From Utricularia gibba (Eukaryota; Plantae; Magnoliophyta), in NCBI GenBank assembly GCA_002189035.1, contig NEEC01000265.1:1-22936 (forward strand): 22,936 bases of DNA, given 5' to 3'. The notes below the pieces were generated by a model, which saw only the letters and a program-made list of their open reading frames with translations, did not search any database and was not told where the DNA came from. Shown here piece after piece: positions 10,555-22,683 of the stretch. Both the position numbers and the translations under genes were made by a program. How positions within the stretch are numbered: position 1 is the first letter of the stretch; each line of letters begins with the position of its first letter.

Positions 10555-12426
10555 AATAAATGCATCAATTTTTTTGCCGAGCTACAAATGACTATGGGCC
10601 CGCTCGACTCGACCTCCTGCTCGATACCGTTGCCCCACGAGAGCCTTATCAAAATAAAGCATGCGGTTGAGAAAACCATTTTGGGTGCTCATGATATCCT
10701 AACTTCAATAACTGCATCACGATTTTCGTCGAGTAGGACCCGATGTGGCAAAGGAGTCAGACCGAACCTTGGGTCTGAACGAAGTTCACAACGACATCAC
10801 CCGCCCAAAAACGACAAGCTTTTCCTTGAGAAACCATTGAGGCGGCCTATTAAAACCAACGTTAATAAATGCATCAAGTTTTTTGCCGAGCTACAAATGA
10901 CTATGGGCGAGCTCGACTCGACCTCCTGCTCGATACCGTTGCCCCACGAGAGTGCCTTATCAAATATAAAGAATGCGATTGAGAAAACCATTTTGGGTGC
11001 TCATGACATCCTAACTTCAATAAATGCATTACGATATCGTCGAGTAGGACCTGATGTGGCAAAGGAGTCTGACCGAACCTTGGGTCTGAACGAAGTTCCC
11101 AACGACATCACCCGCCGAAAAACGACAAGCTTTTCCTTGAGAAACCATGTAGGCAGCCTATTAAAACCCAACGTTATAAATGCATCACGTTTTTTGCGGA
11201 GCTACAAATGAGTATGGGACCGAGCCCGACTCGACCTTTTGCCCGATACCGTGCCCCACTAGAGCGCCTCCTCAAATACAAAGCATGCGATTGAGAAAAC
11301 CATTTTGGGTGCTCATGAATCCTAACTTCAATAACTGCATCACGATTTTCGTCGAGTAGGACCAGATTTGGCAAAGGAGACAGACCGAACCATGGGTCAG
11401 AACGAAGTTCACAACGACATCACTCGCCCAAAAACGACAAGCTTTTCCTTGAGAAAACCATTGAGGCGGCCTATTAAAACCAACCGTTAATAAATGCATC
11501 AAGTTTTTTGCCGAGCTACAAATGACTATGGGCCCGAGCTCGACTCGACCTCCTGCTCGATACCGTTGCCCCACTAGAGCGCCTCCTCAAATATAAAGCA
11601 TGCGGTTGAGAAAACCATTTTGGGTGCTCATGACATCCTAACTTCAATAAATGCATTACGATTTCGTCGAGTAGGACCTGATGTGGCAAAGGAGTCAGAC
11701 CGAACCTTGGGTCTGAACGAAGTTCCCAACGACATCACCCGCCGAAAAACGAAAAGCTTTTCCTTGAGAAACCATGTAGGCAGCCTATTAAAACCAACCG
11801 TTAATAAATGCATCAAGTTTTTTGCCGAGCTACAAATGACTATGGGCCCGAGCTCGACTCGACCTCCTGCTCGATACCGTTGCCCCACTAGAGCGCCTAT
11901 CAAATATAAAGCATGCGGTTGAGAAAACCATTTTGGGTGCTCATGACATCCTAACTTCAATAAATGCATACGATTTCGTCGAGTAGGACCTGATGTGGCA
12001 AAGGAGTCTGACCGAACCTTGGGTCTGAACGAAGTTCCCAACGACATCACCCGCCGAAAAACGACAAGCTTTTCCTTTAGAAACCATGTAGGCAGCCTAT
12101 TAAAACCCAACGTTAGTAAATGCATCACGTTTTTTGCGAGCTACAAATGAGTATGGGACCGAGCCCGACTCGACCTTTTGCCGATACCGTGCCCCACTAG
12201 AGCGCCTCCTCAAATACAAAGCATGCGATTGAGAAAACCATTTTGGGTGCTCATGAAATCCTAACTTCAATAACTGCATCACGATTTTCGTCGAGTAGGA
12301 CCAGATTTGGCAAAGGAGACAGACCGAACCATGGGTCAGAACGAAGTTCACAACGACATCACCGCCCAAAAACGACAAGCTTTTCCTTGAGAAAACCATT
12401 GAGGCGGCCTATTAAAACCAACCGTT
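10555..12426 (+). repeat. 6-monomer HOR cassette, copy 3
   Basis: Same class order; epsilon marker GAATGCGATT at 10971, gamma anchors at 11200 and 12139. Confidence 0.78.
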
Positions 12427-15400
12427 AATAAATGCATCAAGTTTTTTGCCGAGCTACAAATGACTATGGGCCCGAGCTCGACTCGACCTCCTGCTCGATA
12501 CCGTTGCCCCACTAGAGCGCCTTATCAAATATAAAGCATGCGGTTGAAAACCATTTTTGGTGCTCATGACATCCTAACTTCAATAAATGCATTACGATTA
12601 TCGTCGAGTAGGACCTGATGTGGCAAAGGAGTCTGACCGAACCTTGGGTCTGAACGAAGTTCCCAACGACATCACCCGCCGAAAAACGAAAAGCTTTTCC
12701 TTTAGAAACCATGTAGGCAGCCTATTAAAACCGTTAATAAATGCATCAAGTTTTTGCCGAGCTACAAATGACTATGGGCCCGAGCTCGACTCGACCTCCT
12801 GCTCGATACCGTTGCCCCACTAGAGCGCCTCCTCAAATATAAAGCATGCGGTTGAAAAAACCATTTTGGGTGCTCATGAATCCTAACTTCAATAAATGCA
12901 TTACGATTATCGTCGAGTAGGACCTGATGTGGCAAAGGAGTCTGACCGAACCTTGGGTCTGAACGAAGTTCCCAACGACATCACCCGCCGAAAAACGACA
13001 AGCTTTTCCTTTAGAAACCATGTAGGCAGCCTATTAAAACCCAACGTTAGTAAATGCATCACGTTTTTTGCGGAGCTACAAATGAGTATGGGACCGAGCC
13101 CGACTCGACCTTTTGCCCGATACCGTGCCCCACTAGAGCGCCTCCTCAAATACAAAGCATGCGATTGAGAAAACCATTTTGGCTCATGAAATCCTAACTT
13201 CAATAACTGCATCACGATTTTCGTCGAGTAGGACCAGATTTGGCAAAGGAGACAGACCGAACCATGGGTCAGAACGAAGTTCACAACGACATCACTCGCC
13301 CAAAAACGACAAGCTTTTCCTGAGAAAACCATTGAGGCGGCCTATTAAAACCAACGTTAATAAATGCATCAAGTTTTTTGCCGAGCTACAAATGACTATG
13401 GGCCCGAGCTCGACTCGACCTCCTGCTCGATTCCGTTGCCCCACGAGAGTGCCTTATCAAATATAAAGCATGCGGTTGAGAAAACCATTTTGGGTGCTCA
13501 TGATATCCTAACTTCAATAACTGCATCACGATTTTCGTCGAGTAGGACCGATTGGCAAAGGAGACAGACCGAACCTTGGGTCAGAACGAAGTTCACAACG
13601 ACATCACCCGCCCAAAAACGACAAGCTTTTCCTTGAGAAAACCATTGAGGCAGCCTATTAAAACCAACCGTTAATAAATGCATCAAGTTTTTTGCCGAGC
13701 TACAAATGACTATGGGCCCGAGCTCGACTCGACCTCCCTCGATACCGTTGCCCCACGAGAGCGCCTTATCAAATATAAAGCATGCGGTTGAGAAAACCAT
13801 TTTGGGTGCTCATGAATCCTAACTTCAATAACTGCATCACGATTTTCGTCGAGTAGGACCCGATGTGGCAAAGGAGTCAGACCGAACCTTGGTCAGAACG
13901 AAGTTCCCAACGACATCACCCGCCCAAAACGACAAGCTTTTCCTTGAGAAACCATGTAGGCAGCCTATTAAAACCCAACGTTAATAAATGCATCACTTTT
14001 TTTGAGCTACAAATGACTATGGGAGCGAGCCCGACTCGACCTTTTGCCCGATACCGTGCCCCACTAGAGCGCCTCCTCAAATACAAAGCATGCGATTGAG
14101 AAAACCATTTTGGGTGCTCATGAAATCCTAACTTCAATAACTGCATCACGATTTTCGTCGAGTAGGACCAGATTTGGCAAAGGAGACAGACCGAACCTTG
14201 GGTCAGAACGAAGTTCACAACGACATCACCCGCCCAAAAACGACAAGCTTTTCCTTGAGAAAACCATTGAGGCAGCCTATTAAAACCAACCGTTAATAAA
14301 TGCATCAAGTTTTTTGCCGAGCTACAAATGACTATGGGCCCGAGCTCGACTCGACCTCCTACTCGATACCGTTGCCCCACGAGAGCCTTATCAAATATAT
14401 AAAGCATGCGGTTGAGAAAACCATTTTGGGTGCTCATGAAATCCTAACTTCAATAACTGCATCACGATTTTCGTCGAGTAGGACCCGATGTGGCAAAGGA
14501 GTCAGACCGAACCTTGGTCAGAACGAAGTTCCAAAAGACATCACCGCCCAAAACGACAAGCTTTTCCTTGAGAAACATGTAGGCAGCCTATTAAAACCCA
14601 ACGTTAATAAATGCATCAAGTTTTTTGCCGAGCTACAAATGACTATGGGCCCGAGCTCGACTCGACCTCCTGCTCGATACCGTTGCCCCACGAGAGCGCC
14701 TCCTCAAATATAAAGCATGCGGTTGAGAAAACCATTTTGGGTGCTCATGACATCCTAACTTCAATAACTGCATCACGATTTTCGTCGAGTAGGACCCGAT
14801 GTGGCAAAGGAGTCAGACGAACCTTGGTCAGAACGAAGTTCAAACGACATCACCCGCCCAAAACGACAAGCTTTTCCTTGAAAAACCATGTAGGCAGCCT
14901 ATTAAAACCAACGTTAATAAATGCATCAATTTTTTTGCCGGGCTACAAATGACTATGGGACCGAGCTCGACTCGACCTCCTGCTCGATACCGTTGCCCCA
15001 CGAGAGTGCCTTATCAAATATAAAGCATGCGGTTGAGAAAACCATTTTGGGTGCTCATGAAATCCTAACTTCAATAACTGCATCACGATTTTCGTCGAGT
15101 AGGACCGATTTGGCAAAGGAGACAGACCGAACCTTGGGTCGAACGAAGTTCACAACGACATCACCCGCCCAAAAACGACAAGCTTTTCCTTGAGAAACAT
15201 GTAGGGCCTATTAAAACCAACGTTAATAAATGCATCAAGTTTTTTGCCGAGCTACAAATGACTATGGGCCCGAGCTCGACTCGACCTCCTGCTCGATACC
15301 GTTGCCCCACGAGAGCGCCTCCTCAAATATAAAGCATGCGGTTGAGAAAACCATTTTGGGTGCTCATGACATCCTAACTTCAATAACTGCATCACGATTT

Positions 15401-16152
15401 TCGTCGAGTAGGACCCGATGTGGCAAAGGAGTCAGACCGAACCTTGGTCGAACGAAGTTTCCAAAAGACATCACCGCCCAAAACGACAAGCTTTCCTTGA
15501 GAAACTATGTAGGCAGCCTATTAAACCAACGTTAATAAATGCATCAAGTTTTTTGCCGAGCTACAAATGACTATGGGCCCGAGCTCGACTCGACCTCCTG
15601 CTCGATACCGTTGCCCCACGAGAGCCCTTATCAAATATAAAGCATGCGGTTGAGAAAACCATTTTGGGTGCTCATGAAATCCTAACTTCAATAACTGCAT
15701 CACGATTTTCGTCGAGTAGGACCCGATGTGGCAAAGGAGTCAGACCGAACCTTGGTCGAACGAAGTTCCAAACGACATCACCCGCCCAAAACGACAAGCT
15801 TTTCCTTGAGAAACCATGTAGGCAGCCTATTAAACCCAACGTTAATAAATGCATCACTTTTTTGGGCTACAAATGACTATGGGACCGAGCCCGACTCGAC
15901 CTTTTGCCCGATACCGTGCCCCACTAGAGCGCCTCCTCAATACAAAGCATGCGATTGAGAAAACCATTTTGGGTGCTCATGAAATCCTAACTTCAATAAC
16001 TGCATCACGATTTTCGTCGAGTAGGACCAGATTTGGCAAAGGAGACAGACCGAACCTTGGGTCAGAACGAAGTTCACAACGACATCACCCGCCCAAAAAC
16101 GACAAGCTTTTCCTTGAGAAACCATTGAGGCGGCCTATTAAAACCAACCGTT
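12427..16152 (+). repeat. 12-monomer HOR (about 3.73 kb), copy 1
   Basis: Class order matches 16153-19893. Anchor offsets are 12452>16178 (3726), 13074>16801 (3727), 14005>17737 (3732), 14941>18668 (3727) and 15865>19608 (3743). Confidence 0.78.
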
Positions 16153-19100
16153 AATAAATGCATCAAGTTTTTTGCCGAGCTACAAATGACTATGGGCCCG
16201 AGCTCGACTCGACCTCCTGCTCGATACCGTTGCCCCACTAGAGCGCCTCCTCAAATATAAAGCATGCGGTTTGAAAACCATTTTGGGTGCTCATGACATC
16301 CTAACTTCAATAAATGCATTACGATTTCGTCGAGTAGGACCTGATGTGGCAAAGGAGTCAGACCGAACCTTGGGTCTGAACGAAGTTCCCAACGACATCA
16401 CCCGCCGAAAACGAAAAGCTTTTCCTTAAAACCATGTAGGCAGCCTATTAAAACCCCCGTTAATAAATGCATCAAGTTTTTGCCGAGCTACAAATGACTA
16501 TGGGCCCGAGCTCGACTCGACCTCCTGCTCGATACCGTTGCCCCACTAGAGCGCCTCCTCAAATATAAAGCATGCGGTTGAAAAAACCATTTTGGGTGCT
16601 CATGACATCCTAACTTCAATAAATGCATTACGATTATCGTCGAGTAGGACCTGATGTGGCAAAGGAGTCTGACCGAACCTTGGGTCTGAACGAAGTTCCC
16701 AACGACATCACCCGCCGAAAAACGACAAGCTTTTCCTTTAGAAACCATGTAGGCAGCCTATTAAAACCCAACGTTAGTAAATGCATCACGTTTTTTGCGG
16801 AGCTACAAATGAGTATGGGACCGAGCCCGACTCGACCTTTTTGCCCGATACCGTGCCCCACTAGAGCGCCTCCTCAAATACAAAGCATGCGATTGAGAAA
16901 ACCATTTTGGGTGCTCATGAAATCCTAACTTCAATAACTGCATCACGATTTTCGTCGAGTAGGACCAGATTTGGCAAAGGAGACAGACCGAACCTTGGGT
17001 CAGAACGAAGTTCACAACGACATCACGCCCAAAAACGACAAGCTTTTCCTTGAGAAAACCATTGAGGCGGCCTATTAAAACCAACCGTTAATAAATGCAT
17101 CAAGTTTTTTGCCGAGCTACAAATGACTATGGGCCCGAGCTCGACTCGACCTCCTGCTCGATACCGTTGCCCCACGAGAGTGCCTTATCAAATATAAAGC
17201 ATGCGGTTGAGAAAACCATTTTGGGTGCTCATGATATCCTAACTTCAATAACTGCATCACGATTTTCGTCGAGTAGGACCGATTGGCAAAGGAGACAGAC
17301 CGAACCTTGGGTCAGAACGAAGTTCACAACGACATCACCGCCCAAAAACGACAAGCTTTTCCTTGAGAAAACCATTGAGGCAGCCTATTAAAACCAACCG
17401 TTAATAAATGCATCAAGTTTTTTGCCGAGCTACAAATGACTATGGGCCCGAGCTCGACTCGACCTCCTGCTCGATACCGTTGCCCCACGAGAGCCTTATC
17501 AAATATAAAGCATGCGGTTGAGAAAACCATTTTGGGTGCTCATGAAATCCTAACTTCAATAACTGCATCACGATTTTCGTCGAGTAGGACCCGATGTGGC
17601 AAAGGAGTCAGACCGAACCTTGGTCAGAACGAAGTTCCAAAAGACATCACCCCCAAAAACGACAAGCTTTTCCTTGAGAAACCATGTAGGCAGCCTATTA
17701 AAACCCAACGTTAATAAATGCATCAATTTTTTTGCCGGCTACAAATGACTATGGCCGAGCCCGACTCGACCTTTTGCTCGATACCGTTGCCCCACTAGAG
17801 CGCCTCCTCAATACAAAGCATGCGTTGAAAAACCATTTTGGGTGCTCATGAATCCTAACTTCAATAACTGCATCACGATTTTCGTCGAGTAGGACCAGAT
17901 TGGCAAAGGAGACAGACCGAACCTTGGGTCAGAACGAAGTTCACAACGACATCACCCGCCCAAAAACGACAAGCTTTTCCTTGAGAAAACCATTGAGGCA
18001 GCCTATTAAAACCAACCGTTAATAAATGCATCAAGTTTTTTGCCGAGCTACAAATGACTATGGGCCCGAGCTCGACTCGACCTCCTGCTCGATACCGTTG
18101 CCCCACGAGAGCACCTTATCAAATATAAAGCATGCGGTTGAGAAAACCATTTTGGGTGCTCATGAAATCCTAACTTCAATAACTGCATCACGATTTTCGT
18201 CGAGTAGGACCCGATGTGGCAAAGGAGTCAGACCGAACCTTGGTCAGAACGAAGTTCCCAACGACATCACCCGCCCAAAAACGACAAGCTTTTCCTTGAG
18301 AAACATGTAGGCAGCCTATTAAAACCCAACGTTAATAAATGCATCAAGTTTTTTGCCGAGCTACAAATGACTATGGGCCCGAGCTCGACTCGACCTCCTG
18401 CTCGATACCGTTGCCCCACGAGAAGCCTCCTCAAATATAAAGCATGCGGTGAGAAAACCATTTTGGGTGCTCATGATATCCTAACTTCAATAACTGCATC
18501 ACGATTTTCGTCGAGTAGGACCCGATGTGGCAAAGGAGTCAGACCGAACCTTGGTCAGAACGAAGTTCCAAAAGACATCACCGCCCAAAACGACAAGCTT
18601 TTCCTTGAGAAACATGTAGGCAGCCTATTAAAAGCCAACGTTAATAAATGCATCAATTTTTTTGCCGAGCTACAAATGACTATGGGACCGAGCTCGACTC
18701 GACCTCCTGCTCGATACCGTTGCCCCACGAGAGTGCCTTATCAAATATAAAGCATGCGGTTGAGAAAACCATTTTGGGTGCTCATGAAAATCCTAACTTC
18801 AATAACTGCATCACGATTTTCGTCGAGTAGGACCGATTGGCAAAGGAGTCAGACCGAACCTTGGGTCAGAACGAAGTTCCCAACGACATCACCCGCCCAA
18901 AAACGACAAGCTTTTCCTTGAGAAACATGTAGGCAGCCTATTAAAACCCAACGTTAATAAATGCATCAATTTTTTTGCCGAGCTACAAATGACTATGGGC
19001 CCGAGCTCGACTCGACCTCCTGCTCGATACCGTTGCCCCACGAGAGCGCCTCCTCAAATATAAAGCATGCGGTTGAGAAAACCATTTTGGGTGCTCATGA

Positions 19101-19893
19101 ATCCTAACTTCAATAACTGCATCACGATTTTCGTCGAGTAGGACCCGATGTGGCAAAGGAGTCAGACCGAACCTTGGGTCAGAACGAAGTTCCAAAACGA
19201 CATCACCCGCCCAAAAACGACAAGCTTTTCCTTGAGAAACATTGTAGGCAGCCTAATAAAACCAACGTTAATAAATGCATCAAGTTTTTTGCCGAGCTAC
19301 AAATGACTATGGGCCCGAGCTCGACTCGACCTCCTGCTCGATACCGTTGCCCCACGAGAGCACCTTATCAAATATAAAGCATGCGGTTGAGAAAACCATT
19401 TTGGGTGCTCATGAAATCCTAACTTCAATAACTGCATCACGATTTTCGTCGAGTAGGACCCGATGTGGCAAAGGAGTCAGACCGAACCTATGGTCAGAAC
19501 GAAGTTCCAAAAGACATCACCCGCCCAAAACGACAAGCTTTTCCTTGAGAAACCATGTAGGCAGCCTATTAAAACCCAACGTTAATAAATGCATCACTTT
19601 TTTTGCGAGCTACAAAATGACTATGGGCGAGCCGACTCGACCTTTTGCCCGATACGTTGCCCCACTAGAGCGCCTCCTCAAATACAAAGCATGCGATTGA
19701 GAAAACATTTTGGGTGCTCATGAAATCCTAACTTCAATAACTGCATCACGATTTTCGTCGAGTAGGACCAGATTTGGCAAAGGAGACAGACCGAACCTTG
19801 GGTCAGAACGAAGTTCACAACGACATCACCCGCCCAAAAACGACAAGCTTTTCCTTGAGAAACCATTGAGGCAGCCTATTAAAACCAACCGTT
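16153..19893 (+). repeat. 12-monomer HOR, copy 2
   Basis: Shares rare variants with copy 1 at matching positions: ACGAAAAGC in monomer 1, GGGACCGAGCTCG in monomer 9, GCCTCCTC without ACTAG in monomers 8 and 10, GCATCACTTTT in monomer 12. Confidence 0.78.
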
Positions 19894-20819
19894 AATAAAT
19901 GCATCAAGTTTTTTGCCGAGCTACAAATGACTATGGGCCCGAGCTCGACTCGACCTCCTGCTCGATACCGTTGCCCCACGAGAGCCTTATCAAATATAAA
20001 GCATGCGGTTGAGAAAACCATTTTGGGTGCTCATGAAATCCTAACTTCAATAACTGCATCACGATTTTCGTCGAGTAGGACCCGATGTGGCAAAGGAGTC
20101 AGACCGAACCTTGGGTCAGAACGAAGTTCCAAACGACATCACCCCAAAAACGACAAGCTTTTCCTTGAGAAACCATGTAGGCAGCCTATTAAAACCAACG
20201 TTAATAAATGCATCAATTTTTTTGCGGCTACAAATGACTATGGGCGAGCCCGACTCGACCTTTTGCTCGATACCGTTGCCCCACGAGAGCGCCTTCAAAT
20301 AAAAAGCATGCGGTTGAGAAAACCATTTTGGGTGCTCATGAAATCCTAACTTCAATAACTGCATCACGATTTTCGTCGAGTAGGACCGATGTGGCAAAGG
20401 AGTCAGACCGAACCTTGGGTCAGAACGAAGTTCACAACGACATCACCCGCCAAAAACGACAAGCTTTTCCTTGAGAAAACCATTGAGGCAGCCTATTAAA
20501 ACCAACGTTAATAAATGCATCAAGTTTTTTGCCGAGCTACAAATGACTATGGGCCCGAGCTCGACTCGACCTCCTGCTCGATACGTTGCCCCACGAGAGC
20601 GCCTTATCAAATATAAAGCATGCGGTTGAGAAAACCATTTTGGGTGCTCATGAATCCTAACTTCAATAACTGCATCACGATTTTCGTCGAGTAGGACCCG
20701 ATGTGGCAAAGGAGTCAGACCGAACCTTGGGTCAGAACGAAGTTCACAACGACATCACCCGCCCAAAAACGACAAGCTTTTCCTTGAGAAAACCATGTAG
20801 GCAGCCTATTAAAAACGTT

Positions 20820-22683
20820 AATAAATGCATCAAGTTTTTTTGCCGAGCTACAAATGACTATGGGCCCGAGCTCGACTCGACCTCCTGCTCGATACCGTTG
20901 CCCCACGAGAGCGCCTTATCAAATATAAAGCATGCGGTTGAGAAAACCATTTTGGGTGCTCATGACATCCTAACTTCAATAACTGCATCACGATTTTCGT
21001 CGAGTAGGACCCGATGTGGCAAAGGAGTCAGACAGAACCTTGGGTCCGAACGAAGTTCCCAACGACATCACCCGCCAAAAACGACAATTTTCCTTGAGAA
21101 ACCATGTAGGCAGCCTATTAAAGCCAACGTTAATAAATGCATCAATTTTTTTGCCGGGCTACAAATGACTATGGGCCCGAGCTCGACTCGACTCCTACTC
21201 GATACCGTTGCCCCACGAGAGTGCCTTATCAAATATAAAGCATGCGGTTGAGAAAACCATTTTGGGTGCTCATGAATCCTAACTTCAATAACTGCATCAC
21301 GATTTTCGTCGAGTAGGACCCGATGTGGCAAAGGAGTCAGACCGAACCATGGTCAGAACGAAGTTCCAAAAGACATCACCGCCCAAAACGACAAGCTTTT
21401 CCTTGAGAAACCATGTAGGCAGCCTAATTAAAACCAACGTTAATAAATGCATCAATTTTTTGCCGGGCTACAAATGACTATGGGCCGAGCTCGACTCGAC
21501 CTCCTGCTCGATACCGTTGCCCCACGAGAGTGCCTTATCAAATATAAAGCATGCGTTGAGAAAACCATTTTGGGTGCTCATGAAATCCTAACTTCAATAA
21601 CTGCATCACGATTTTCGTCGAGTAGGACCAGATTTGGCAAAGGTGACAGACCGAACCTTGGGTCAGAACGAAGTTCACAACGACATCACCCGCCCAAAAA
21701 CGACAAGCTTTTCCTTGAGAAAAATGTAGGCAGCTATTAAAACCAACGTTAATAAATGCATCAAGTTTTTTGCCGAGCTACAAATGACTATGGGCCCGAG
21801 CTCGACTCGACCTCCTGCTCGATACCGTTGCCCCACGAGAGCGCCTTATCAAATATAAAGCATGCGGTTGAGAAAACCATTTTGGGTGCTCATGACATCC
21901 TAACTTCAATAACTGCATCACGATTTTCGTCGAGTAGGACCCGATGTGGCAAAGGAGTCAGACAGAACCTTGGGTCCGAACGAAGTTCCCAACGACATCA
22001 CCCGCCAAAACGACAAGCTTTTCCTTGAGAAACTATGTAGGCAGCCTATAAAACCAACGTTAATAAATGCATCAATTTTTTTGCCGAGCTACAAATGACT
22101 ATGGGCCCGAGCTCGACTCGACCTCCTGCTCGATACCGTTGCCCCACGAGAGTGCCTTATCAAATATAAAGCATGCGGTTGAGAAAACCATTTTGGGTGC
22201 TCATGATATCCTAACTTCAATAACTGCATCACGATTTTCGTCGAGTAGGACCCGATGTGGCAAAGGAGTCAGACCGAACCTTGGTCAGAACGAAGTTCCA
22301 AAAGACATCACCCGCCCAAAACGACAAGCTTTTCCTTGAGAAACCATGTAGGCAGCCTAATAAAACCAACGTTAATAAATGCATCAATTTTTTTTGCCGG
22401 GCTACAAATGACTCCCGAGCTCGACTCGACCTCCTGCTCGATACCGTTGCCCCACGAGAGTGCCTTATCAAATATAAAGCATGCGGTTGAGAAAACCATT
22501 TTGGGTGCTCATGAATCCTAACTTCAATAACTGCATCACGATTTTCGTCGAGTAGGACCAGATGTGGCAAAGGAGTCAGACCGAACCTTGGGTCAGAACG
22601 AAGTTCACAACGACATCACCCGCCCAAAAACGACAAGCTTTTCCTTGAGAAACCATTGAGGCAGCCTATTAAAACCAACCGTT
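20820..22683 (+). repeat. 3-monomer HOR (about 0.93 kb) x2
   Basis: 20820-21750 and 21751-22683. First monomers share GAGAGCGCCTT/GACATCC/GACAGAACC/GGTCCG. Second monomers share TTCCAAAAGAC and CAGCCTAAT. Third monomers share GCCGGGCT, GGACCAGAT and TTCACAAC. Offsets are 930, 930 and 934. Confidence 0.7.
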
